From Candidatus Falkowbacteria bacterium (lineage in GTDB: Bacteria > Patescibacteriota > Patescibacteriia > UBA11705 > JABHMO01): 62,686 nt of DNA. Each line of letters starts with the position of its first letter. The first letter of the stretch is position 1. The position numbers and the translations under genes were made by a program. The stretch lies in NCBI GenBank assembly GCA_016214755.1, contig JACRNX010000030.1:1-62686 (forward strand). The letters run 5' to 3'. A model generated the notes under the pieces. That model was given only the letters and a program-made list of their open reading frames with translations, was not told the origin of the DNA and ran no database searches. This document shows, piece by piece, positions 8,596 to 19,860 of this stretch.

Positions 8596-11466
8596 CTATC
8601 CCCCAGCCGTTGAGCCGAGGACTTTTAAGATGAAATTGATGATGATGAAACTGGTGAAGACGACAATTAAGCCGATGCCCGCCCAAACCATGGTGTCGCG
8701 GCCTTGTTTTATCATTTTGTCTTCGCCGCGCGAGATGAGCCAGAGCGTGCCGCCGTAGAGGAACATGGCGAGCGCGGCGCTGCCGATAAGTCCGATAATC
8801 CATGATATGACGCGGCCGATGACAACCGCGAAATCCGTCTCGCCGAGGAAATTCGGCAGTTCAATTGATTTAATCTCCGTGGCGCCGGCTTGCTCGGCTG
8901 TCGGCGCGGTGCATTTTCCGTTTTCGCATAATCCAGATTGACAGACATCGTTTTCTCCATCCGCGCAGGGTTCGTCTGCCCCGTATTTTGATTCGCATTT
9001 ATCAGTGTTTTGGCCAGAAGCATTATCAGTATTATCGCAAAAGAATCCCGAGCCGCACTCGTTGTTTTCCGCGCAACCGCAGATACTGCTCATACATATT
9101 CCAGAAAGACATTCTCCTTCTTCTTGCCCTCCCGCGTTTTTTAACGTACAGGTATCTCCTGATTTCTTTTTCAATTCACATTTGTTGTTTGTGTTGCAAA
9201 ATTCATGACTTGGACATTGAGAGGGAGAAACAGTGGGGTTGCAAGCTTTACCGCTGGCGACGCCTAATTTTTCGCAAAGATTAGTGGGGAGATCGCCTTG
9301 ATTATTACAGTATTCTCCAGAATTACAATGACTGTTTGCCGTGCAGCCACATTTTAATGCAGGAGACGGACAAGTTTGATATAAACATTCTGCAGGTGTT
9401 GTGCAGGACACGCCAGCTAGTTTTTTAACTTGGCATTCGTTAGGGTCTTTAGACGTGTCGCAGTAATGGGTAGCAGGACATCCGTCAGGAGATGGAGATG
9501 GATATTTTTTTGTATCACAAAGTATTGGTCCACCGGGTTTTGCCGCGCCGCCCGCGGCGGCCGGTTTCGGCGCGCACTTTGATGTTTTGGCATCGCAGTT
9601 TCCGCTTTTACATGTTTCAGGAAAAGCGATAGCACATAGTTCTCCGTTAGCTATTTTTTTTATACATTTGGTGGTCGTGGTATCGCAAAAATAATCTTGG
9701 CCACAATTTTTGTCCTCTTTGCAACCGATTACTGCTTCGGGTTTGATTTTACAATTATCGCAAGCGGCCTTTTCTGCGTCTGGAGTAGTTGTAGCTGGAT
9801 CGCATTCTTCTTCGTATTCAACTATTCCATTGCCGCACTTTGGGACATCTTTACATTTTTTTTCTACTGGATGGCAGAAGTTAGATTTACAATGGCCGCC
9901 GATTTCGCAATCGCCGCCGACATCTTTTTTATTTACACAAGTTCCGACACTGCAATATTGGTCAACCGTGCATTCGATTTTAAGAAATCCTTTGATTACT
10001 TCGCATTCTGACGGCGCCGCTTTTTCGCAAAGATGCGAGGCGGTGTTGCATTTTTTGCCCTCTGAACAATCTTTGTCAGCATAACAACCGCCGAGTGTTA
10101 TACATTGTCCAGTTGAACCGCATTGGCCTGACTCGCAGTCGCCGTCTTTTTGGCAAGGAGCGTCTTTTGATTTTACTGCTACGCATTTGAAAAACGCGCC
10201 GCTTTTATCGCAGAAATAATCAAGTTCACAATTAGCATCTTTGGTGCATTCGTGATCCTCGGGATTTACGTCTTTGCAGGTGCCGCTACCAGGGACAGTC
10301 TCTGTATCACAATATCCAGATAAGCATTCTTCATTGACCGCGCACCCAGAATTATTATTTTTTTTATCCTCGCAAATTTTATTTGTGGCCGCGGACTTGC
10401 AAAATTTGCCGTCTCCGCAGTCAGTATCCTTTTGACATTTATCGGTGTCCGCGCATTTGCCGCTGACGCATTTTCCAGAGAGGCACTGATTGGCAGTGTT
10501 CGCAGTGCAGGATTTGCCTGGCGCCTTTTTGCTAAGGCATTTCTTGGGCATCGAGCTAATGTCGCAATAATCCGTGGAAGAGCAATTTTCGTCTTTTTTG
10601 CATTGGTCTTCCACGATAATGCACTTTTGGTATAAACATTTTCCCGAAACGCATTCGTTATCTTTCGCGCATGTTTCCCAACTGTATTTTTTTTCTTTGC
10701 AAATTTTTGGGGTTTTGTCTGTTCGGCAATAAAAATCTGTTTCGCAGTCAGCGTCAGTTTTGCAATACGCCGGCTCTTGGCAAATGCCGAAATAGCAAAC
10801 TTCGGATAAGCATGCTTTATTACTTTTACACAAATTGTCTCCTTCTAACGATGGCTGGCAAGTCAGACCTGGGTCGCAGAAGTAGTTATTTGGACAGCCC
10901 CCATCTGAACCTATGCCGCCTGCTTTTGTGCACTTTTGAGCGCACTTGTATTCGTATTTTATACAGTCGCCGGATATACATTGAAATGAATTGAGGCAGT
11001 CGTGGCCAGTTTGATATTTTGAAACGCAAGTATTGGGCACGATCTCGGGCTTGCAAAATTGATTGGCGTCTTTGCAGAGATTTTGCAAACCGCACTGATT
11101 GGTCGGAATTCCAAGCGCGACGCCGGCCGGGCATTTTCCAAGCGTGCAGCCGCTTTGCTTTAAACATTGCGCTGACAGTTCTTTGTAACTATCTTGCGCG
11201 TAATTTTGTTTCGCCATTAGTTGTTCTAATTCTGAAAAACCAATGAATTCTGGATAATAATTGCTGATATTCTCCGGCGTAACTGGTCCGATATTGGCTA
11301 AGCATTGCGCCGGCGAAGAAACGCAACAGACATCAAACGGTTTGTCGAGGAGATCTTTAATAGTATAGTTATAATGGTTCGTTACTGCTTGGGCGCTACT
11401 GGCAAGCAAAGTAAAACTAATCGCGAAGAATATTATCGCGGAAAAGAGGATTTTTGTTTTTGGCAT
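8596..11466 (-). CDS. Secreted Cys-rich repeat protein with C-terminal VirB2/TrbC-like pilin hairpin
   Basis: Signal peptide (SAQA), many C..D..C....C / C.SG.C repeats, C-terminal IGRVISWIIGLIG..YGG..W..S.G....K..G. Confidence 0.85.
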   Translation of the reverse strand: MPKTKILFSAIIFFAISFTLLASSAQAVTNHYNYTIKDLLDKPFDVCCVSSPAQCLANIGPVTPENISNYYPEFIGFSELEQLMAKQNYAQDSYKELSAQCLKQSGCTLGKCPAGVALGIPTNQCGLQNLCKDANQFCKPEIVPNTCVSKYQTGHDCLNSFQCISGDCIKYEYKCAQKCTKAGGIGSDGGCPNNYFCDPGLTCQPSLEGDNLCKSNKACLSEVCYFGICQEPAYCKTDADCETDFYCRTDKTPKICKEKKYSWETCAKDNECVSGKCLYQKCIIVEDQCKKDENCSSTDYCDISSMPKKCLSKKAPGKSCTANTANQCLSGKCVSGKCADTDKCQKDTDCGDGKFCKSAATNKICEDKKNNNSGCAVNEECLSGYCDTETVPGSGTCKDVNPEDHECTKDANCELDYFCDKSGAFFKCVAVKSKDAPCQKDGDCESGQCGSTGQCITLGGCYADKDCSEGKKCNTASHLCEKAAPSECEVIKGFLKIECTVDQYCSVGTCVNKKDVGGDCEIGGHCKSNFCHPVEKKCKDVPKCGNGIVEYEEECDPATTTPDAEKAACDNCKIKPEAVIGCKEDKNCGQDYFCDTTTTKCIKKIANGELCAIAFPETCKSGNCDAKTSKCAPKPAAAGGAAKPGGPILCDTKKYPSPSPDGCPATHYCDTSKDPNECQVKKLAGVSCTTPAECLYQTCPSPALKCGCTANSHCNSGEYCNNQGDLPTNLCEKLGVASGKACNPTVSPSQCPSHEFCNTNNKCELKKKSGDTCTLKNAGGQEEGECLSGICMSSICGCAENNECGSGFFCDNTDNASGQNTDKCESKYGADEPCADGENDVCQSGLCENGKCTAPTAEQAGATEIKSIELPNFLGETDFAVVIGRVISWIIGLIGSAALAMFLYGGTLWLISRGEDKMIKQGRDTMVWAGIGLIVVFTSFIIINFILKVLGSTAGG

Positions 11467-11621
11467 AATTTTATTTTAGAGAGGATAGGGATTAGTAATC
11501 CGTAACTTGTAATTGGTAATTTGAAAATTAAAAATTAAAAATTCATTGAAAATTGAGAATTGAAAATTTATCTCGTCCTCATCTGTATATCTGTAAAAAT
11601 CAGTACATCTTGTATTATGTA

Positions 11622-13070
11622 TTATTTGAATTTGGGCAGGAATTTTTTCCAACCTTTATTTTTATATGTTTCAATTTGGTGTCTGGCGGTTCTGGTTTTA
11701 ACTGAATCAATCCACTCGGTATTCGGTCCCTTGCGGTTTTTGTCAGTGATAATTTGAACCACGTCGCCGTTTTTCAGTTTGCGATCGAGCGCCACGATTT
11801 CGTTGTTGACCATCGCTCGCGCGCATTTATTGCCGATTTCCGTGTGGATGTGATAAGCGAAATCAATCGGCGTGGCGCCGTCCGGCAGGTCAATGACGTC
11901 GCCTTGCGGAGTAAAAACGAAAATGCGATTTTGGAAAACGTCAATCTTCGCGCCTTCGAGCAGTTGGGTGTTGTCTTTAAGCCCCTTCAGCCAATCAGCC
12001 AATTCATTGACCCAGGCGATTTCTTTTTTATCAATCTTGCCGGCTTCTTTGTATTGCCAGTGGCTGGCGATGCCGAGTTCCGCCTGCTCGTGCATTTTCC
12101 GCGTGCGAATTTGGATTTCCACGATTTCTTGGTCATCGCCGAAAACAGCGGTGTGCAATGATTGGTAGCCGTTTGGTTTTGGCTGGGCGATGTAATCTTT
12201 AATGCGGCCGCGGATCGGCTTCCATAAACTGTGCACAATGCCAAGGACGGCGTAGCAATCAGCGACGTCTTGCACGATGACGCGCAAAGCGACAAGGTCG
12301 TAGATTTGTTTCGCGTCGCGATTGTATTTCAGATACTTGCGGTAAAAGCTGTAATAATGCTTGGTGCGGCCGTAGATGTCGGTGGATTTGATATTTTCTT
12401 TATCGAGCCGCGTTTTAATTTTTCGAATCATGCTGTTCAATATCTTTTTTTTCAGCGGAAAATTGCTCTTGATAATTTGTTCGATATTTATGTATTCGTC
12501 CGGATAGGCGTATTTAAAAGCCGCGTCTTCAAGCCGCGACTGCAGTTCTCCGATGCCCAAGCGATTGGCGATGGGCGCGTAAATTTCCAATGTCTCGAGG
12601 GCGATGCGCTTTTGTTTGTCTGCCGGCAGAACGTAGAGCGATTGCAAATTGTGCAGGCGGTCGGCGAATTTAATCAAAATAACGCGGATATCCTCGGCCA
12701 TGGCGACAAACATTTTTCTTAAATTTTCAAGGTAGCGGTCAATGCCGCGATATTTTACCCGCGATAGTTTTGTTATCCCTTCAACCATTTTGGCGATATC
12801 AGTGCCGAATTCTTGGCGGATTTCATCGAGGGAACGTTTGGTATCCTCGGGTACATCGTGCAGAAGTCCGGCGATGACAATCGGCACTGGTAATTTTAAT
12901 TCCGCCAATGTTTTCGCGGTGTACAAAGAGTGAACAATATAATCATCGCCTGTTGTCCGTTTTTGTCCTTGGTGCGCTTTTTCCGCGAAATTATAAGCTT
13001 GCTCGATTAATTTAATATCGGCATCCGAATAATTTTGCTTAATGATTTCCTGCAATTGGCGGAAGGTCAT
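11622..13070 (-). CDS. rel: RelA/SpoT homologue, HD + synthetase + TGS (probably bifunctional)
   Basis: HQGQKR..G..YIVH, LLHDVPEDT, DRLHN, RIKDYIA, YQSLHT, EIQIRT, TGS; no ACT domain. Confidence 0.93.
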   Translation of the reverse strand: MTFRQLQEIIKQNYSDADIKLIEQAYNFAEKAHQGQKRTTGDDYIVHSLYTAKTLAELKLPVPIVIAGLLHDVPEDTKRSLDEIRQEFGTDIAKMVEGITKLSRVKYRGIDRYLENLRKMFVAMAEDIRVILIKFADRLHNLQSLYVLPADKQKRIALETLEIYAPIANRLGIGELQSRLEDAAFKYAYPDEYINIEQIIKSNFPLKKKILNSMIRKIKTRLDKENIKSTDIYGRTKHYYSFYRKYLKYNRDAKQIYDLVALRVIVQDVADCYAVLGIVHSLWKPIRGRIKDYIAQPKPNGYQSLHTAVFGDDQEIVEIQIRTRKMHEQAELGIASHWQYKEAGKIDKKEIAWVNELADWLKGLKDNTQLLEGAKIDVFQNRIFVFTPQGDVIDLPDGATPIDFAYHIHTEIGNKCARAMVNNEIVALDRKLKNGDVVQIITDKNRKGPNTEWIDSVKTRTARHQIETYKNKGWKKFLPKFK

Positions 13071-13074
13071 GTTT

Positions 13075-13300
13075 CAAAATAAAAAATTAAAAATAATAGA
13101 TAATAAAGTTAAATTCAAAATTCAAAATGCAAAAATCAAAAGTTCAAGTAAAAAGTAAAAAGTTTTTGTTTTGACTTCAAAATACTTTTGGATTTTGATT
13201 TGCAATTTTGACTTTTACCTTTTGACTTCTAACTTAAATATCTTTGAATCTTTAGTCTGTATCTTTTATTTATTATTTATCATCTTTCATCTTTCTTATT
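13075..13300. repeat. Nested inverted heptamer arrays between the two rel genes
   Basis: Outer ATAAAAA/AATAGAT arm vs TTATCAT/TCTTTCA arm (also at 4750-4854) encloses an inner TCAAAA/TTTTGA pair. Confidence 0.75.
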
Positions 13301-13303
13301 ATA

Positions 13304-14944
13304 TCAAAGTCGAAATCTTCTTTCCACTTCCTGCTTGTTGAAATAGTCCTCGATGTGTTTTTTGGCGGCGTTGGTTTTGACGAATTTAAGCCATTCGTAA
13401 CTGGGGCCGTCTTTCGCGCGGTCGACGGTTATCTGGACGACGTCATTGGTCGCTAATTGATGGTCGAGAGACACCTGGATGTCATTGACAACCGCGCCGG
13501 CGCATTTATTGCCGATTTCCGAATGGATGTGATAAGCAAAATCAACCGGCGTGGCGCCCGAGGGCAAAGAGATAACGTCGCCTTTCGGGGTATAGACGTA
13601 AATGCGGCTGTTGAGTATCTCGGAAGAAAACTTCGCCCAAAATTCCTCGTCATTTTTATACTGTTGCTGTTTTAGCAACAATTCTTGAATCCAAGGCGGA
13701 ATTTTCTTCTTTAGATTTTTATAGTACCAATGGGCGGCAATGCCGTAATTCGCTTCTTCATTCATTGCTCTGGTTCTGATTTGGAATTCTGTCGCCCGGC
13801 CGTTCAGCCCAAAAACAGTGGTATGCAAACTTTGATAATGATTATTTTTGGGAGCGGCGATGTAATCTTTAAACCGGCGGTGCCTCGGCCGCCAGAGCCG
13901 GTGGATGATGCCAACTATCCGATAGCAATCATCCACTGAATTCACGATTACGCGCAAGGCGAAAACATCGCAGATATCGTCGAAACTTTTTTTCTTCGCT
14001 TTCATTTTAGTATAGATGCTGTAAAAGTGCTTAAAGCGGCCGTCGATTTGGCAGGCAATACCCGCGTCGGCAGCCGCTTTTTCTAAGATATTTTTTGTTT
14101 TTTGAATATATTTATCGCGATTTTTCTTTTCGTCAATATTGAATCGGCGCGAAATTTTTTCGTATTCTTCTGATTCGAGGATTTTGAATGAATAGTCCTC
14201 CAATTGCCAGCGCAGTTTCCAGATTCCGAGAAGATCGGCGAGGGGCGCGAGAATTTCTTTTGATTCAATGGCGCAGATTTTTAACGCGTCTTCCGAGGGC
14301 AGAGTGCGATTTTTCAAGCGGTCAATGTTGGAACACATTTTAATGATAATAACTCGGAGATCCGCCGCCATGGCGACAACCATTTCGCGCAAATGGGATA
14401 TGTATTGCTGGTTGTTCGGGGCTTTTATCCAAAGAAGTTTTTGAAAATGTTGCACCAGTTCGGCTATTTCTTTATTTGATATTTCCGCGATCTCTTCGAT
14501 AGTGACGTGACAATGATAGGGGAGTTCGTGCATAAGCGCGGTGCAGACAGCCGTCAAACCAATTCTGATACTCGCGACTTTCAACGCCGTGCGGTATGAG
14601 TGGTCGAATCGTCCTCTATCCTCGCGCAATTTTTGTTCAGCGTAGTTATAGCATTTCACGAGAACGCCGATTTCCGCCCCTAATTTATTTTCAATTTTCG
14701 CGTGCAAATTCTCATCTCGCTTTGCCAAATCAAAAAATAAACACGCGCAAACGCATTCCACTTGCGCCTTTTCTTCGGCGGCGATTATCGCGGCTTCAAC
14801 CGCTTGTTCATGCAGTATTTTTCTTTCGCTTGAATCGAAACGTTCAAGTTCATCATTGAGCAGCTGGTAAGCTTTTTCAATAATTTCAGCGGAAATCGTC
14901 GGTTGCTTTTCTTTAATTATTTCTATAATTTTGCCAATATCCAT
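13304..14944 (-). CDS. RelA/SpoT homologue with degenerate, partly duplicated HD domain
   Basis: Synthetase motifs GRFKHFYSI, RFKDYIA, YQSLHT, EFQIRT and TGS intact; HD replaced by MHE. Confidence 0.9.
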   Translation of the reverse strand: MDIGKIIEIIKEKQPTISAEIIEKAYQLLNDELERFDSSERKILHEQAVEAAIIAAEEKAQVECVCACLFFDLAKRDENLHAKIENKLGAEIGVLVKCYNYAEQKLREDRGRFDHSYRTALKVASIRIGLTAVCTALMHELPYHCHVTIEEIAEISNKEIAELVQHFQKLLWIKAPNNQQYISHLREMVVAMAADLRVIIIKMCSNIDRLKNRTLPSEDALKICAIESKEILAPLADLLGIWKLRWQLEDYSFKILESEEYEKISRRFNIDEKKNRDKYIQKTKNILEKAAADAGIACQIDGRFKHFYSIYTKMKAKKKSFDDICDVFALRVIVNSVDDCYRIVGIIHRLWRPRHRRFKDYIAAPKNNHYQSLHTTVFGLNGRATEFQIRTRAMNEEANYGIAAHWYYKNLKKKIPPWIQELLLKQQQYKNDEEFWAKFSSEILNSRIYVYTPKGDVISLPSGATPVDFAYHIHSEIGNKCAGAVVNDIQVSLDHQLATNDVVQITVDRAKDGPSYEWLKFVKTNAAKKHIEDYFNKQEVERRFRL

Positions 14945-14946
14945 AT

Positions 14947-15128
14947 AGTGAGATGGTTGCGAAACTGCTTTTGCTGCAATTTGTCTTTTTTACCTGATAC
15001 TTCGTCAGACTGCGCCAAAATGATTTTCGCCGTAATCCTATTACGTCTCAAATCATTTTGCTTGTCTTCCTCGTCTCAGGCAAAAAATTTCAAATTTCGC
15101 TTAAAAGGGGTTTCGCAACCATCTCACT
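14947..15128 (-). other. 182-nt rod-like hairpin with perfect 19-bp terminal inverted repeat (MITE-like element or structured RNA)
   Basis: AGTGAGATGGTTGCGAAAC / GTTTCGCAACCATCTCACT plus internal stems CAAAATGATTT/AAATCATTTTG and CGTAAT/ATTACG. Confidence 0.7.
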
Positions 15129-15189
15129 TACATTTAAGCAAGAATTAGAAAAAAAATCAACTGTGAACAAGATTAACGGGCGAAGTTGA

Positions 15190-15218
15190 TTGACAAGAAC
15201 AAAAAAGTTTGTTATAAT
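15190..15218 (+). promoter_or_regulatory. Consensus sigma70 promoter with extended -10
   Basis: TTGACA-N17-TATAAT, TG at -15/-14. Confidence 0.75.
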
Positions 15219-15253
15219 GGAGTTGTTGATGATAGGGGAAGAATTCCCAATTT

Positions 15254-15294
15254 GAGAACTCCCGGGTCTTTTGGTCTGGGAGTTCTCGCTTTTT
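15254..15294 (+). terminator. Intrinsic terminator
   Basis: GAGAACTCCC..GGGAGTTCTC followed by GCTTTTT. Confidence 0.7.
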
Positions 15295-15542
15295 AAAATA
15301 GAATCTAGAATCTAGAAAGTAGAAAATAGAATGTAGAATTTTGTTAGACAGGGTTTTAAAATCAGCTTAACGAAACTAAAAATCTCTTTGACGTACGTCG
15401 GAGAGATTTTTAGTGCGGGGCGCTGGATGAAACCCCAATTATTTGTTGATGATAGGGTTGTCACAGCGGCCCCACGGAAGTATTATAGAGAATGTTTATT
15501 TTATTCGCAAGCGTTGATTGTTTCTTTTGTAGGAAACGCATA

Positions 15543-17762
<2,220 letters not shown>

Positions 17763-17992
17763 AATAAAAATTAAAAAGTAAAAAGTAAAAATGAAAAATT
17801 ACAATTAAAAAGAAAAAATGGGAAATTCAGAATTTCTTTTTTATTTAGTTCGATTAACGATAATATGACAGAGCGATTAATAATTGTCAAATTTTGTCAA
17901 AAGATTCCTCCATTCCGCTCCGCTTCAGTCGGAATGACAAAAGTGTAAACAATGTTGAACTTTCTAATACTTGAATCTTAAATCTTGAATCT

Positions 17993-19081
17993 TTAAATTA
18001 AAACGTACGTCATATTGCCGATGTTTTTCACTCGGCCTTTGATTTCGAGGAGCATTAAAGCGGCGTTGATTTCAATAATGGATAAATCGCTGCGCCGGAC
18101 CAGCTCATTGACATGCAATGGTTCAACGCGCAAAAATTTTAGAATGGCCGCCTCTTCCGGCGAAGCGGGAATGGTCTCGTCTGTTTTTTGGACGCCGTCG
18201 AATCGCTTGATATTCAATTCTTCAAAAATATCTTCCGCGCTGGCGACAAGTTTGGCGCCCTTTTTTATTAACTCATTCGCGCCAATGGACATTTGATTCG
18301 TTATGTTGCCGGGCACGGCGAACACCTCGCGGTTTTGTTCAAGCGCGAAGCGGGCGGTGATGAGCGCGCCGGATGATTCGCCCGCTTCTACGACGAGCAC
18401 GCCCAGAGACAAGCCGGCGATTACGCGATTGCGCGTTGGAAAATGATGGCGTAGAGGCAGAGTACCTGGAGAATATTCAGAAACAAGCAATCCGCCTTTG
18501 GCGATGATTTCTTCTGCCAGCGGCCGATTGACAGATGGATAAATGTTTTGTTTGTCCAGTCCAGAACCGAGCACGGCGGCGGTTAGTCCATTATGCGCGA
18601 GGCAGGCAATGTGGGCCGCGGCGTCAACGCCGAGCGCTAGTCCGCTGACGATGAACATCTTTTCCGCGACCAATTCAGCCACGATTTTTTCGGTAACTAA
18701 TTTGCCGTAAGCCGTGATTTTGCGCGTGCCGACAACCGCGATCGCCTGATTAGTTAAATTATTTAGCTCGCCTTTGTAATAAAGGATAAACGGCGGGCTG
18801 TAAATTTCTTTCAATAATTCGGGATAACGTTCCTCGGCGATGGTGATGGTGTTGATTTTTTCAGCGTTTAATTTTTCCAGTTCTTGGTCAGGATTAATTT
18901 CTTTTCGCGTCAAAATAAATTCTTCCGCGAATTCCTGATTGATTCCCGCGCGGATAAGTTCAGCCAGCGGCGCTGTCCACGCTTCTTTTAAAGAAGGAAA
19001 ATAGGCGCGCAGGGCGCTGATTTTTTGAAAGCCGAATTTATTCACGGCTGAAAAGGCGAGCCAGTATTTTAAATCAGACAT
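17993..19081 (-). CDS. dprA: DNA-processing protein DprA
   Basis: AVVGTRK, VSGLALGVD, FPTRNRVIAG, SGALITA, C-terminal wHTH; likely start MSDLKY. Confidence 0.96.
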   Translation of the reverse strand: MSDLKYWLAFSAVNKFGFQKISALRAYFPSLKEAWTAPLAELIRAGINQEFAEEFILTRKEINPDQELEKLNAEKINTITIAEERYPELLKEIYSPPFILYYKGELNNLTNQAIAVVGTRKITAYGKLVTEKIVAELVAEKMFIVSGLALGVDAAAHIACLAHNGLTAAVLGSGLDKQNIYPSVNRPLAEEIIAKGGLLVSEYSPGTLPLRHHFPTRNRVIAGLSLGVLVVEAGESSGALITARFALEQNREVFAVPGNITNQMSIGANELIKKGAKLVASAEDIFEELNIKRFDGVQKTDETIPASPEEAAILKFLRVEPLHVNELVRRSDLSIIEINAALMLLEIKGRVKNIGNMTYVLI

Positions 19082-19099
19082 ATCGTTTATAAGTTCAAA

Positions 19100-19460
19100 G
19101 CTCCAAGCACAAAGTCCAAAGTAAATTTTCCGCCAGAGGCGGATCCGCCTTCGGCGGAAAAATTTCAAATCTTCTATTTTCTAGATTCTACTTTCTATTT
19201 TCTATTTACAGATTACGAGTTACGGATTACCAACCCCGCGTCCCTTGTAGTAAACAGCAAACTTTTGAATTAGTCAAAAATTGTATAAAAAGAGAAGGCG
19301 GGTAATCTGTAATCCGTAACTCGTAATCCGTAATTTTTTAGACTACGAATTACAAATTTCGCTACGAATCTACGAATTTAGAAGTGGGAAGTTGGAGATT
19401 GGAAGTTAGGGATAGTTAAAAATCAAATCCAACTTCTCATCTCTCACCTCTAACCTCTCA
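19100..19460. repeat. Stack of heptamer arrays and hairpins of several families
   Basis: TTCCGCC..GGCGGAA module, TTCTAT array, TTACGG..GTAATC inverted pair, GAAGTTG..CAACTTC inverted pair. Confidence 0.75.
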
Positions 19461-19521
19461 TATTTGTAAATCTTGTATTATAGTATTTTAGCTTAATTTG
19501 AAGAAAGGGAGATTAAAATCC

Positions 19522-19550
19522 TTGACTTTTCAGTCAAAGTATGCTATAAT
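19522..19550 (+). promoter_or_regulatory. Sigma70 promoter overlapped by palindrome TTGACTTTTCAGTCAA
   Basis: TTGACT-N17-TATAAT with TGn extended -10. Confidence 0.7.
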
Positions 19551-19598
19551 TTAATGGTTCGTAGGTCATCAATCAACATACAAAACAAAGGAAATGAG

Positions 19599-19700
19599 AT
19601 GGAAGCAGTGGTGATGTTCGTCGGAATGTTCTGTGGCATGATCTTGGGACTCGGGATTTGCGCAGCAGGCGCCGCGATAATTCGCGGGGTGAAGGAGTAG
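19599..19700 (+). CDS. 33-aa single-TM small protein
   Basis: MEAVVMFVGMFCGMILGLGICAAGAAIIRGVKE; own promoter, AAGGA SD and downstream hairpin. Confidence 0.6.
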   Translation: MEAVVMFVGMFCGMILGLGICAAGAAIIRGVKE

Positions 19701-19707
19701 TAGATAA

Positions 19708-19745
19708 AGCAGTCATATCTTCACAAGGTATGACTGTTTGCGTTT
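19708..19745 (+). terminator. Terminator-like hairpin
   Basis: AGCAGTCATATCTT-CAC-AAGGTATGACTGTT, T-rich tail. Confidence 0.6.
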
Positions 19746-19806
19746 TAAATGAAATTAAATTCCAATTACGATTTACGGATTACGAATTACGGATTACGAA
19801 TCAAGG

Positions 19807-19835
19807 TTGACAGGATTATTATTTCACGCTATAAT
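19807..19835 (+). promoter_or_regulatory. Perfect consensus sigma70 promoter
   Basis: TTGACA-N17-TATAAT; SD AAGGAGGT before ATG 19861. Confidence 0.8.
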
Positions 19836-19860
19836 TGGCAGTCGTAAGAAGGAGGTAAAA

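Noticed and set aside
14990..15012. Hammerhead ribozyme core (CTGACGA on the minus strand)
   Set aside because: No stem II followed by GAAA in the required position
19082..19168. N-terminal extensions in the ORF track for dprA (and similarly der, SPFH, lepB, 19807, 40006, 57631)
   Set aside because: They run through promoters, repeats or neighbouring genes; downstream ATGs match family starts
19100..19800. Repeat-dense intergenic stretches as a CRISPR array
   Set aside because: Units are 7-9 nt and degenerate; no constant 23-47 nt repeat with unique spacers; no cas genes in the window
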